A DNA stretch of 64,000 nt from Octopus sinensis. Lineage: Eukaryota. This document shows, piece by piece, positions 26,485-41,441 of the stretch. The first letter of the stretch is position 1. The number at the start of each line of letters is the position of its first letter. The notes beneath the pieces were generated by a model. It did no database searches. It was given only the letters and a program-made list of their open reading frames with translations, and was not told the origin of the DNA. The stretch is taken from assembly GCF_006345805.1 (NCBI RefSeq), contig NC_043009.1, positions 30,752,001 through 30,816,000 of the forward strand. Direction: 5' to 3'. The translations under genes and the position numbers were made by a program.

Positions 26485-27707
26485 ACTATTCCTAAGAAAT
26501 AGAAACCAAATGTCTTGCTAATCACTTATCTTCGTCTTTAAATTCCTGAAAATCTAAATGACAAAATTAAGTCATATGTGTATACTGTTATGCTTTTTAG
26601 CCTCAGGTTAGTGCTGATGATCAAGTGTTCTGGTCACGTTCATATATTGTAAGTTCAGGTGATTCTAGCTGCACAAAATATCACACGTTTTAAAATGTGG
26701 CTGCGTTATATGTAAGGCAGATTTGGCTGTTACGTCTAGCAAGCCTGGTAGCCATATATGACTAATTTCTATAGTTAGTTATTTAGTGCTGTTGCTGCTG
26801 GGAAGCAGCGAAATGGAAGCTGCTGAGATGTGACATCAGTTACTGGATATTGGGCACTTTGCTACACTTCTCAATGCTTTGAGTTCAAATACAAATGATG
26901 TCTGTTTTATCTTTCATTTCAGGGTTCGATAAAATGTCAGCTCAGTTCTAGAATCGATACTTCTTCTCTTCTCCTTCTTCCTCCTCCGCTTCCACCCTTC
27001 TTCCTCTTTCTCTTCTCCCTCTCCTCCTTTGCCTCCTGTTCTTCTTTCTCCTCTACTTCTTCCACCCCCTCTGCACTGGATTCCAACAAACCAGCCTTCT
27101 CTCTTTGTCGCATTTATTCTGTAAATTACTACAAAGGTACATTTGTCTGTGGAATACTCGGCTACTTACCCATTCACTTGACTACAAAGAACCTAATTGG
27201 TCAAACAACAGAATTCTCAGAAACGCCACTAGCAAGAAATCCACGCACAGAACTTTTGAAACTTCTCTGTTTCCTGTTGGAAACATTCCCACGTTGCGTT
27301 AATTTGAACAATTTTGTGATTGGCAACATTTTGATGCATTTTTCATATTTCTAATTATTAATGTGAATTGTTCTCTCTTGAATTATTCTTTGTTAACGCT
27401 AATTCATTATTGCTAATTAATTGCTAATAATCAATTGTTATTACTAATTAATCTACTAAGATCTGTTTCTGTATGATCAGAAGGTTTGACTTCTACATTC
27501 TCATTGTTGGCTACATTTAAAGATATACTGCATATAATCGACGTGTTTTGATATAATGGGCATCTTTAATAATTTTCAAAGTACTTATTAAAGACTAGAC
27601 TTCAAATTATTAAAGAGCAAACTTTTAAATTTAAAATTTGCCTTTACAAACATATCTTAAATAATCAGGTTGTAATCGTGTGGTGAATGTCTTTAATAAT
27701 GTTTTGT

Positions 27708-28006
27708 GAAGGCACACGGCTTAGTGGTTAGGGTATAAGGCTTACAACCGTAAGTTTGTAAGTTCACTTCCCTGCAGAGCGTTGGATGCTTCATATTGCT
27801 CCAGTTCATTCAGCTGGCAAAAAAAGGAGAAGTATCTGCATTTCAAAGGGCCAGCCTTGTTACACGTTAAGTCTTGTCGAGCATTTCGTTAAGGTTATGC
27901 ATGTCTGTGAAGTTCTCGGCCACCGGCACATCAATTTCACGAGCTGGCCTTTCCATTGATCGGATCAACTGGAATACTCGTCGTCTTAACCGACAAAGTC
28001 CCAGTT
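27708..28006 (+). mobile_element. SINE family A-related (older copy)
   Basis: ggcttagtggttaggg head; tttcaaagggccagcctt, aatttcacgag, ggatcaactggaatactcgtcgtc body and tail. Confidence 0.8.
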
Positions 28007-28059
28007 CAGGGTTTGTAATTTAGTGACAAGAGCAAAACTCTTAGGAGGTGAGTTTTAGT

Positions 28060-28840
28060 CGATACAAACGATTCCAATACATGACTGGTGCGTTATTTTA
28101 TTGATCCCAAAGGGAGAAAAGGTGAAGGTAACATGGGCAAGATTCAAACTCGGAATATAAGAGATCCGGAAGAAAGACTGTAAAGCATTTTTTCTGGTGC
28201 TCTACTAATTATTTCAGCAATAATAAGAGGAGAGGGGGTAAGACGATTACATCGTCCCCAGTACGCAACTGGTACTTAATTTATCGACCCCGAAAGGATG
28301 AAAGGCAAAGTTGATCTCATCGGAATTTGAACTCAGAACATAAAGATGGATGAACTGTCGCAAAGCTTTTTATCCGGCGTGCCAACACTTCTGCCAGATC
28401 GTCAACTTTCAAGGCAGCAAGCTGGCAGAAGCGTTAGCACGCTGGATGAAGTGTTTAGCAGTATTTTGCTTGCTGCTACGTTCTGAGTTCAAATTCCTCC
28501 GAAGTCAACTTACCTTTCATCCTTTCGGGGTCAATGAAATAAGTACCAGTTACGTACTGGAGTCGATATAATCGACTATCCCCACACTCCAAATTTTCAA
28601 GCCTTGTGCCTCTGGTAGAAAGCATTATAAATATTGGTTTCAAATTTTGGGGCAAGGCCTGCAGTATCAGGGTGAGGTAGGGATAAGTCAATGACATTAA
28701 CCCAAGTACTCGACTGGTACTTATTTATTTGATCACAAAAGGATGAAAGGCAATGTCTACCTTGGCAGAATTTGAACTGAGGACGTAAAAATGCCACTAA
28801 GCAATCTCCCCACTGTAAAAACGATTCTGCCAGCTTGGCA
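28060..28840. mobile_element. Cluster of four family C SINEs in alternating orientation (-,-,+,-)
   Basis: Repeated gatcccaaagg/gaccccgaaaggatgaaaggcaaag motifs at ~28105, 28290 and 28740 (minus), and tttcatcctttcggggtc at ~28517 (plus). Confidence 0.85.
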
Positions 28841-29466
28841 TTTTGTTAGTTGAGAATATCAAAAGTAATTATAAAGGGGTACTTGTTAAAAGGAATGTTT
28901 CTGTTACATATCTATTTCTTGGCAGAGTTAATAATTAACTTATATTTAAGTGCTGCATTATGGTGTATTTATGTTAGGTGTGTGATTACGTGTGAGCGCG
29001 TGTATGTACATCTTATGCAAACCCGAACTTATATCTATGTGTGTGCGCATTTATACACTCATAGCATTGATGTGTGTGTGTGTATGTGTGTGTAATATAT
29101 ATATATGAGTGCATGTACACGTATACAGAGACTTAGAATGAGATAGTGAGAATGATTGAATTTTGGGATTAGCCAGTGCTGTATCTTAGACAATGAAGCT
29201 TGTCAAATCCCACCAGGTCTTTCTTTGTTGCTTACTATTCTGTGTTTCTGCGGCTTCTTTTGGCATTCGAGGCTACTAATGTTAGTAGAATAGACAGTGA
29301 TTGAACAGAGAAACCTTAAGGGGGTGAGAATGAGATTACCTTAAATGTGTTAGCGTTCAGATTTAGCTTAGTCAAGCATTATTTACTATGGCGCTGTTCA
29401 GTCTATTACAGTACCGAAAATAAGAGATAAAATATTTATGTTGCTGTTATTGCTTCATCTAACACA

Positions 29467-29497
<31 letters not shown>

Positions 29498-29655
29498 CTG
29501 CTGTTGATGAGGAAGCTGTTGTTGTTTGTATTGCTGGCGATTATAACATTAGCAATGATATTGTAATTAACGTCGATAATGCTGATAATGGCGAAATTGA
29601 TAATGAAAACGAAAAGATGGTGAGGATTACGGTGTTGATGATGATGATTATGAAC

Positions 29656-29697
<42 letters not shown>

Positions 29698-32600
29698 CAT
29701 AATCATAACCATAACAACTGTTTGGGAATATATCATTCGGTTTTCCAGTTAGGACAAGTCTCAGTATGCAGTTATCTATGCATTGAAGCATAGTTATCTC
29801 GTTTATGTCTTGGTTTACAAGATATAACGAAACCCTTTATGTTCAGTGCACCGTGTTGTAATAACTTAAGGCACGCACCGACCACTACGTTTGTCAGACC
29901 AAGAAAATTCGTCCCTTTCTTTCTGTCTTGCTCCTCTCTATATACAGATGTTCCATACATTTTTTTTATAGTCTGCATATACAAAGACACCGTGTTGGAA
30001 ATAGGAAGTGTATTTAATCTAAATATCAATGCTAAAGAAGTCTTCTCAGAACAGGAAAACGATGCCAAGTACAGAGAAAATTTCTGATTAGTTCACAAAT
30101 CGAACAGGATATTATCAGAAGCAAATAATATCAGCTTAACATATTCTAAATATAAATTTACAGTCACTAATCTTCCCTTTTTGAGGTGTTTCTTTAAACA
30201 AGTGATTTGATCAGAAACGGCTATAGCTTGCAGCAATGGGCAAGAAACAGTTATTCAATGGGAAGATCAGATGTCAAGATAAGTAGATTGCTGTATATTG
30301 CCGAACATTAAGAATATCTATGGAAGCAATGAATGTAATAATTTCTGGTAGTGTTCGGTTAAAATATTTACGCACAGACAATAGAAGCTGCTTAACTGAA
30401 TGAAATTAAGAAATTTCGAACGTGTTTATCGAAGAGAAGTGAAAGAGAGTTATTGATTAAGTTGATGTTGTGTCAACTTGTTTTGTATGCTGACTCACAA
30501 AAGATAGTACGGCTGGTGATCGAGGCCATGCACGACAAGGTTACGATAGGCGAAATCTGTTATGTGATGTTGCAAATGAAAAGATAAGAATACAAATGAA
30601 ATTAGATAAAGTAAATAGTAAACAATAGAAACATAGATACACAAGTGTGTATCTATGCGTATATTCACCTACAATCAATATACCATTATATGTATATTCA
30701 TATGTGTTTGTGTGTGTGTGTAACTATATAATATACAGATGCTCATATTTTACACATATTTTACTCACGTATATGCTACGAAACATATAATAGAAAATAA
30801 AAGCGAGGAAATTGACTGATGCAAGTGAAAAAGTTACTTTCGTTAAAGAAAATAGTTTCGACATAAAATGTTGTCACTTAAAATAGGTTACATTGAAAAA
30901 CAAGCGAAACGTCGTTAATCTGTGTTTCTTGTCAGTTTTAGAGAGATCTGAAGAACTAATGTTGCTTTTTGTATCGAGAATCTATTTAACTGGAGTCAGT
31001 ATATTAGAAAATAGTGTAAAAACTAAAAACAAATTTTACATTCGTCATTGTTTGCTTTCACCCAAACACCAATTAGGTAAATATTTACCACCAAAATAAA
31101 CTGTTGAAATGTCATGTCTAAACACTAATTCTATAGACTTATAAATAAATAGATACGCTTGCTTTAGACACCTAACATTTTAGCACTATTTTTGTCTCAT
31201 CCTGTAATACTCTAGAAAAGAAATTTTCTTCAACTTGCTGTCTTCAGAGACTGTTCTTTTATTTATTTATCTATTCATTTATTTATTTCGTGAGTTTGGT
31301 TTTATCTTTGGATGATATACCGAAAATGTTATCCATTGAAGTACGTTATCTTCATCAATATGGTTCCCGGAAGCATTGTTTCAGATATACTTGTAGGATT
31401 CCTTAAAGCCAGTCACCGAATTTACCACAGTTTATGCGAGGTTTTGTTGTTTTAAATTCTTCATCGAAGAATATATTTCCATCAATAACCGCCCCCGCCC
31501 CCCACAGGTTACATATTCTCCCTCGTTAACATTGTCAAAGTAAGGTTTTCAACAAACTCCTTAAGGCGAATTTGGCTACAGTTCTTTTAGAATCTACTTT
31601 GAAATATTTTCATTTGATATTCCACATTGGTCTGATGTTTATGTTAGGAATTATTGATATTTTATGACTTGCTCAGAAATCGAAGTTTTGTAGAACGTTG
31701 ATCGAATCAGTGAAATCGAAACCTTCCTTATCAATACGTTCCTATGAAAGGACACGAGATAATGTCCACCTTGAACTTGGAAAATAATACATAACACTCA
31801 ATACAGTGAGACGTTCTAACAGATGATTTTTAGAACGTTTCAGTAGCTTAAAGTATCACATTTATAAGGAGCCGTAGGTGTTACTTACATTAATAGAGCC
31901 AAAAAATTTAATGGTATAAACGAAATGGGATTGTTAGAAATCAAAATCGATATTTTACAATCATGTTCTTCGCTTGCCGAATTCTGGTGATTTGGAAATA
32001 TTCTCGTAGTGCAATTGTTTGTATAAATTGATATCCCTTCTCTTGCCAATGTCTCAACTACGAAGGAAAACTGGCCTCTTTTTCTCATTCAGATACATTC
32101 AGATAAAACATGGAAAACGCAATAATGTGTTGGTCACACGGAACCCTACTTTTTCGAAGTAATAACTGCTATGAGATGTAAACAAATGATCACAATACCA
32201 AGACTTTCAGGTCACAGCTATTGTACTTCATAATAAAGACACTGCAGCTCTGAATGGTTAATAGGGGTTTGCTCTTGCCACGTTTTCAAATATCGGGATA
32301 GATGCTTAAAAAGCGAGATTGAAGATTTGGAAAGTATAGAGAAAACCCCAAAGATGAATTATTTGATAGCAAAGGAATAGACATTTTAAGCACGAGTGGG
32401 TCGTTGCTTTCAAATACACGAAGATGCTTTTGCGCTTTAGCTGCGAGTGTACATAGTGGTAAGGCTGGTGCAGTGGAAAAAGACAGGGAAGTTTTAACTT
32501 ATGTGCACAATCTGTTTTTATCACTTAGTCAGGAGGAAAGGACGTACCCATGATCTTATTCAGGGTCTCGGAGATTGGTAAGAGAGCGAAAAGAAGGTAT

Positions 32601-32764
32601 CGTCAATCAGTAGACTTAGCTTGAATGTGTGCAACAGAACACACTTCTTTAAAGGTATTCAATACCAAGATGGTGACGTGATCGGATAACGGATGAAATC
32701 TGACACACACGTGAGATACGGTAGGATCTGAACTTAAAGTCCAAAGACTCTAAAGAAATATCCA

Positions 32765-32905
32765 CGGCAATCTGCCCGGTACTCACACGATTTCACTGCC
32801 CTGCATTAATACTTTATTCATCGACCCCCAGAAGGAGAAAAGCCAAAGTCGATGACCGTAGGTTTGAACTCAGAAAGTAAAGGAAATAAATGTCTAAGGA
32901 CTCTG
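32765..32905 (-). mobile_element. Family C SINE (diverged)
   Basis: tcgacccccagaaggagaaaagccaaagtcgat..tttgaactcagaa. Confidence 0.7.
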
Positions 32906-34747
32906 CTAGTTTTCTACTTGTGTATGGAACTGAGTGTAAATCGGGCAGCGAATAACGTCGCTTCCCACGAAATTATTGCTGTCAAAATCTCCATAATTGA
33001 AAATTGAGTGATTAGAGAATCTGAAAGTTAAAAGAAACATCGTTTTGATAAGGAACCAGGAATAGTGATTGCGGTATGGGAAGCAGGGAAGCTTGCAGTT
33101 TCGACAATCCATGGAAGCATCATTTGTGTTTCAAGGGGCAGTCTTGGTGGAGGTGCAGTCTTGGGTAAAAACCACCCAGTTTATAATTATGACTGATGTT
33201 TTCCAGATGTTGTAGGCTGCACTGCTTGTAACATAGCTCCGTGTGAAAAATTCAGAGAAATTTTACAGAAGAAATTTTTGTTGTTGCGAGCTGGGTGGAA
33301 GGGCATGTCTAAAGATTAGATCACTCTTTTAGCTATTCTCTAGTGGGTTGACAGTGGATTAGCAGAATTTCTCTGACTTGAAATACTAGACAAAGGAGCT
33401 GATGAGGACTGCAGATAAAGAAAGAAAGGGGAATGCGACAGACATTATTTTTCTAGTTTTGTGTCAGGCCATGTCAAACAAACAAATTAGGAAAACCCGG
33501 AGTAATCTGAGAGGAACATAAGTAAAGGGCGAGAGAGAAATAGAGAGAGACAGACAGACAGAAAGAGAGAGAAAGACAGAACAACAGACAGATAATTGTA
33601 CCTCAGCCAGATTGTCTCACTCATATTGCTTTTGTCTGCAATGACTATTACATATCTGATTGATCTTTGATTAGTATTTATAAATCCATCTTATTTTCTT
33701 GATCACTTTCTCATCAATCATAAATTTTCTCCGTTCCAATAGGTATTTACAAAACTAACAAAAATATTTCAATGTGTCTCTTGATTTCTTTTAAGAACAA
33801 TGTGGTAGTAGGGTTTGAAACCGTCATATTTGCGTTTTTCCCTCTTATTTTGGATAGATTCCTTAGGACTTATCATGAAATAAGTTTGTAAAGAAGAGCG
33901 GTGGTATCACCATATTCAACGTGAATTTAACGCAAGCCGATCTTAATACTGCAACGTATTCAATACATCAATGGTATCTCATCCACCCCTAACCAGGCCC
34001 TACATCTGGATTATATTACTTAGCGGCAACACTGAGTTACACCTAGTAATGTACGGATAGTTAACCACAACGTTGTAATACACGCGCACCTCCCCTGCTT
34101 AGACGAAGGAACGTACATTAGTAATAAAGGCGGCACCTAGAATGACATTAACTTCACAATATTACAGTATCTCTATTAAAACTATAAAGTTGTTCCTTAT
34201 CTGAAACCAGCCAGTATTATTTTCTAATCCGCCCAGATTCGATAACGTACATCCTAAGTAATAAATAAACAATCAAGCGTATATTCCCACAAAATGTTCG
34301 TATCGATGTTTGGTGCAGTAGTGTCTATTATGTAAAGCCATAAGATAAAACAAATGAATTATATTCGGCCAACAATATAACAGTCGCAAATTATTTAATC
34401 GTTTTGGAAGAGATACATACAATGAATATATGAAAGATGGATGGGAGATGGTTATGGTGTTCAAACAAATTACGGAATATGTTTTTATAACTATATGTTA
34501 AATAAATAGATCGATGAACTTTGTAATGTTACAGATTGCGCACACGCAAACGCCCAAGCATATAAACAGACACGCAAGCGTGCATACGTACATACATATA
34601 TACATACATGCATCCAAGCATGCAGACATACCTACAAACACACACACACACATACGTTTGTTTCTTAATGTTCGTTTTATGTCAAGCTATATAATACCAA
34701 CAACTTAACTTTAAACTGAAGTATTTCGTTACTTATTTTAGTAGATT

Positions 34748-35130
34748 AAGGCGGTGAGCTGGCAGAAACGATAGCACGCCGGGCGAAATACTTAGCGATA
34801 TTTCGTCTGCCGTTACGTTCTGAGTTCAAATTCCGCCGAGGTTGACTTTGCATTTCATCCTTTCGGGGTCGATTAAATAAGTACCAGTTAAGCATGGGAT
34901 CGATATAATCGACTTAATACGTTTGTCTGTCCTTATTTGTCCTCTGTGGTTAGCCCCTTGTGAGTAGTAAAGAAATAGGTATTTCGTCTGCCGCTACGTT
35001 CTGAGTTCAAATTCCGCCGAGGTCGAGTTTGCCTTTCATCTTGTCGGGGTCGATTGAAGTACCAGTTACGCACTGGGGTCAATCTAATCGACTAGCCCCT
35101 CCGCAAAAATTGTGCCTCGAGTAGAGAAGA
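34748..35130 (+). mobile_element. Family C SINE with internally repeated ~181-bp body
   Basis: Head aaggcggtgagctggcagaa. atttcgtctgccg..gagttcaaattccgccgagg occurs at 34800 and 34981. Confidence 0.9.
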
Positions 35131-35434
35131 TTATATTTAGTAGAATACATGTTTATTAATCACTTGCAAAACCAGAGTGACAGTGTCTTCAAAGTTTCGA
35201 CCTGCAAGTCTTCCTCTGCGTGAGTGCACAGACACACTCACACACACTTTATTTAAGCTGGTTCAGTTGAGTTTTCTAGGGGAACAGCAGTTTCTTCAGA
35301 CATATGAGACTCGGCGAAAAGACACGCTACACCTCAGCGAACCGGAAGCACAGCCGAAAGACAAAGATCATTCGTACTGAGTGTAGCAACAGTAAAAATA
35401 AATCTTAATAAAAGTGATTAAAATTAAATTCTAT

Positions 35435-35640
35435 TATAGGCACAAAGCCTGGAATTGTGGGGATGGAGTGTAATTGAGTACATAGACCTCAGTACTCGAC
35501 TAGTACTTAATTCACAGACTCCAAAAGCATGAAACGCAAATTCGACATCGGTAGAATTTGAACACAAAACAGCACCCCGGATGAAATGCTTAGCAGCATT
35601 TCGTCCGGTGTGCTAACAACTCTACAGCTCATCACCTTTA
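35435..35640 (-). mobile_element. Family C SINE (diverged)
   Basis: ggcacaaagcctgg..agtact..gaatttgaac..tgctaacaactctacagctc. Confidence 0.7.
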
Positions 35641-35773
35641 AAATAATGACGATGATAATTACAGCAGAATATTAATAATAACAATAATAATTGCGACAAT
35701 AACAATTATATAATGAGGGCAAATGTGAATTTCTGAACAAAAATTTACCATTTACATACTAAATTATTTGTAT

Positions 35774-36155
35774 TTCTTTTTTATTTGTTTCAGTCATTTG
35801 ACTGCGGCCATGCTGGAGCACCGCCTTTAGTCGAACAAATCGACCCTAGGACTTATTCTTTGTAAGCCTAGTACTTATTCTATCGGTCACTTTTGCCGAA
35901 GCACTATGTCACGGGTACGTAAACACACCAACATCGGTTGTCAAGCGATGGTGGGGGAACAAACACAGACACACAAATACATACATATATATGTGTATGT
36001 ATACGACAGGCGTCTTTCAGTTTCTGTCGACCAAATCCACTCACAAGGCCCGAGGCTATAGTAGAAGACACACGCCTAAATTGCGACGCAGTGGGATCGA
36101 ACCCAGAACCATGTGGTTGGGAAGCAAGCGTCTTACCACACAGCCACTCTCGCAC
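35774..36155 (-). mobile_element. CORE-type SINE family B
   Basis: Reverse complement of the family B consensus from gactgcggccatgctggagcaccgcc to accacacagccactc. Confidence 0.88.
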
Positions 36156-36254
36156 CTTTATTCCATATTTCTATAACTTCTGGAACCAGGTCTGACCACA
36201 GTCGAGAAGGAGAAAGGGTCAGATAGGAAGAATTAAAGAGAGAGAATAATCCAT

Positions 36255-36385
36255 TCCAATACAGGGTTGGTACTTAATTTGTCGATCCCAAACGGATGAA
36301 AGTCTTTGGTGATATTCGAACAGCGCAGGGAACTGGAATGCGTAACGCGAAGCAATATTGCTGACATTCTAATGACTGCTAATTT
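36255..36385 (-). mobile_element. Family C SINE fragment
   Basis: ggtacttaatttgtcgatcccaaacggatgaaag. Confidence 0.6.
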
Positions 36386-36419
36386 GCCTCCGATACGTGT
36401 ATGCGTATAAATATACATA

Positions 36420-37319
<900 letters not shown>

Positions 37320-37960
37320 GCATATTTTATACATTGGTATGCTTGTATACTTAAGAAAGGTCATCTCAAAAGCGCCGATAGTTTTCTTAATGTATTAGAT
37401 GACGATATGTTTGCATGTCTCGTCGTTTGAAGATTGCTCTAATCACAGTTCGTTCAAACAACTCCCACGTCCTCAACTCTTACCACACATTACACATATG
37501 TGCTATTTACGACATTTGGTCTGCTAACATATTCAAGTACTACTAAGTGCATATTTTATATGTAGTATCGAGCACCATATATTAGCTATTACTTTTGAAT
37601 TGCATCTCTTTATATTTGATATTAAACAATTAGATTGACTTTTACATGTTTCTTCTTCGACAAAAAAAACTCAATTTTGCACAAATTCAGCACGTAATTT
37701 TTCGGCACACAATTCGAATATTTTTAGACGAAACCTTACAGCCGGAAAAGGTTGATCGACTGCTACACCACGACGAACTTTTAGGAACCAAACTCTCAAG
37801 TGAAATGCAGTAGGATTTGGCTGAGATAGTGACGATGTTTGAATGTTTAAACTACAAGTTACACTTCGTCGACTTGTATGCCATGAAACTAGAGTACTGC
37901 ACTCAGAAGAACATTGAATGAAGCCTATTTCTACACTCAACTAAGAAAGAGTCACATCCA

Positions 37961-38015
<55 letters not shown>

Positions 38016-38358
38016 AATAGTATGCTGACAACAAAGATCATCTTAATTTGATTTAGTGACAAGATTTAACGTTTCAAATTAGAGAAGGGTCCGACAACAT
38101 GTTTGGAGATTAAGAGTGTGTCATGCCGTCTTAGAAATAACCGAGAGCTGATTATGAAATACTACTTATAGACCATAATGATTTTTATAAATCTTATATA
38201 GGGTCACAGGAAAGCGTTTGGAAGTTTATAATTCTGTAAAGTGTCATAATGTTAACCTCAGTAAAACTGAAGATTTGACAAAACATTTGGTTCCATTCAT
38301 ATTTTTTTCCTTTTCGTGTTTCTTTCGGAGTTATATTTGCCTAAGCAATTTATAGTGG

Positions 38359-38647
38359 AAGGCGGCGAGCTAGCAGAAACGTTAGCACGCCGGGCGAAAT
38401 GCGTAGCCGTATTTCGTCTGCCTTTACGTTTTGAGTTCAAATTCCCCTGAGGTCAACTTTGCCTTTCATCCTTTCGGGGTCGACTAAATAAGTACCAGTT
38501 ACGCACTGGGGTCGATATAATCGACTTCATCCGTTTTTCTGTCCTCTCTTTGTTTAGCTCCTTGTGAGTAGTAAAGAAATAGGTATTTCGTATGCCGTTA
38601 TATTGTGAGTTCAAATTCCGCCGAGGTCGACTTTGCCTTTCATCCTT
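38359..38647 (+). mobile_element. Family C SINE with partial second body unit
   Basis: Head aaggcggcgagctagcagaa; body restarts at 38585 after aaagaaataggt. Confidence 0.9.
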
Positions 38648-38669
38648 GTCTCTTGCTTTATTTCGTGCC

Positions 38670-39420
38670 AATGTGCGACCCAACCAATCGCAGCCTTCTC
38701 ATAATATCTCGTGACATAGTCTTCTAAATTCTCTCTGGAGCCTCTTATTTGCTATAAAACACAGCAATTCATCGAATCACTTGTCTTTGGTTCTCACTAC
38801 TGATCACAGACTACCCAGTGACACAGCCATGTCACCCAGTTCTAGCGACCGCGACACCAACACTAGCAGCATTTCAGGACCTTCTCCACCGTCGCCTCCA
38901 TCACCAACATCAATACGTACACACCAACATCGCCCAGGTTTAGCTTCATGCTGTTTGTGAATAGTCACCAAGGTTACCAGCTAGCTCTACCTGCGAGATC
39001 CTTCTGTACCAAGTAACCTGACACAGCATGTGTTCAACCGGCCTCTGCCTTGTGACCTCAACCTTATTGTTACAGAACTATTACTATTGCATTTGTTACT
39101 ACCAACTGGTATTATCTTTACCTTGTGTCTGAACATTCATCAAGCGTCCTATTGTAAACACTTTCTATGTTCTGTATTTTATCTCACGCGCATACATCTT
39201 GTTTGTACACACATACACATTACTGTATACATGATGACCTGTCTATTATTATGTATGTACCTGACACGAACACACAGCCACACACTCTGCTACTCACATG
39301 TCAACAACTGAATAAAACATTTCTCTTAATTCTACGGTTGTGTCACCCTTATTCCTTTCTGGCACTCTGATTCACTTATCTATATTTTGGTTTTTATTGT
39401 AAGACGACCGTGCGGTGTTT
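38670..39420 (+). mobile_element. Possible solo LTR
   Basis: CCAAT (~38684), ctataaaa (~38751) and aataaa (39311) in LTR-like order. Termini and TSD not established. Confidence 0.35.
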
Positions 39421-39475
39421 AAAGGAGTCATTCATTCGTCACTATCTCCTTTTCCGCGGTTGTTCAACAAATGTT

Positions 39476-39935
39476 TGTGACGGTGAGCAAGTAGAATCGG
39501 TACCGCACCGGGAAAAGTACTTAGCGGCATTTCTTCTGACTACGTACTGAATTCAAATGGCGCCCGGGTTGACTTTGCATTATATCCTTTCAGGATTGAT
39601 TAAAATAAATACCTATTTCTTAACTACCCACAAAGGGCTAAACACAGAGAGGACAAACAAGGACAGACAAACGGATTAAGTCGATTATTTCGACCCCAGT
39701 GCGTAACTGGTACTTATTTAATCGACCCCGAAAGGATGAAAGGCAAAGTCGACCTCGGCGGAATTTGAACTCAGAACGTAACGGCAGACGAAATACGGCT
39801 ACGCATTTTGCTCGGTGTGCTAAAGTTTCTGCCAGCTCGCCGCCTTGTTAAAATAAATACCAGCTGACTACTGGGGGACGGTATAACGGACTTGCAGCTT
39901 TCCCTGCAATCGCTGACCTAGTTTGAAACCAATAT
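39476..39935 (+). mobile_element. Old family C SINE interrupted by a young antisense copy
   Basis: The two halves rejoin at ttaaaataaatacc. Confidence 0.75.
39614..39847 (-). mobile_element. Young family C SINE with 14-bp direct flanking repeat
   Basis: ttaaaataaatacc at 39600-39613 and 39848-39861. Confidence 0.9.
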
Positions 39936-40340
39936 ACAGAATTTTTACTATTCTCACAAGCAGATATATTATCGACAATGAGCTCAAGCAGATAATTATT
40001 TTGGGGTTTCTACTCTATGTCTAGGTTAAAGCAATTTTTTTCCTGACAACACTAGTATATATTGATATTGTTTTCATTTCACACCATACAGTGGAAGGTA
40101 ATTCTTCTTTTCTGTATTGTAGATATGGTTCATGGCAATGTGAGTTATGCCTGTCGTAAAGATTTAAAAAGACAGACATTTTCTAGCAGATTGCGGTTAT
40201 CTCATGCAATTTTTATTTTGTTCTTCAGTTAGCGAATATATTGTTACATAGAAAAAAACGTTATATATATATATATACGTATGTGTGTGTATTTATATAG
40301 ATGAGTATATGTGTGTGTATGTATGTATATATGTGTATAT

Positions 40341-40456
<116 letters not shown>

Positions 40457-40947
40457 AGAAAAGCAGAGCTCGCAAATAACGACCAACACGTACCTAAAAG
40501 TTTGATTCAGTCAGTTATGTTATAAATCTGACAAAGTTAGCAAGAACTTATGACGTTATTAAATTTCGCTGATGTTGTTGATGGGAGCAGATTCACTTTC
40601 CAACCCGTTGACATATTTATGCCAAACGTTTTCTTAAGTTATATGACTCACACACTCCACCTATATTACTTTACAACACCAATACTAACTAGATTTTGGT
40701 TTCCCTTCTTTACTAGGCAGGGTAATTCTGGAGCAATTCGTTTTGAAGCGTTGCAGATAAGAGTATAGGCAATGAAAGGTGTGAAAGGAAAATGAAACGA
40801 AAAAAAGGATTATCTAACGAAGTATACATATATTCCTTGTGTTTATAATGTGAGGGTGTATATATGTTTATATATGTATATACATATATATATCTATATA
40901 TATGCATATATAGATATATAGATATATATGTATGTATATGTGTGTGT

Positions 40948-41010
<63 letters not shown>

Positions 41011-41334
41011 CCCCAATTGCATAATATTTTTATTTTGTGCTGTTAAATGTTTTCATTCTTTCTGTTTTCCTCGCATACTGTTTTTCTCTGTTATCTTGGT
41101 GCGGTACGGTGGATTAATTTAAGACTTTAGCTCTTATTTTTAGCAGGTTGATAACTTGTTAAACATCCTTACGCTTCGTGCAAATTTATAAGTCATAACT
41201 ATATAATGCTACTGCGCCTGCGATCCACCTATGTCACTGCTGGTGATATCATCAATTATAAAATTTATCCACATGATATGAACAGTAGTGACATCTGATT
41301 CCAAATCTTAGTGTTTGAATGTTTTGCTTATATA

Positions 41335-41386
<52 letters not shown>

Positions 41387-41441
41387 GCATATATATTATA
41401 TATGCAGATATGTATATCTCTATCCATATCTATCTTTAAAG

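Noticed and set aside
31320-31460. Mariner C-terminus-like (HIDED.YFNG*) on the minus strand
   Set aside because: Needs a frameshift, and no TIRs or DDD motif were seen.
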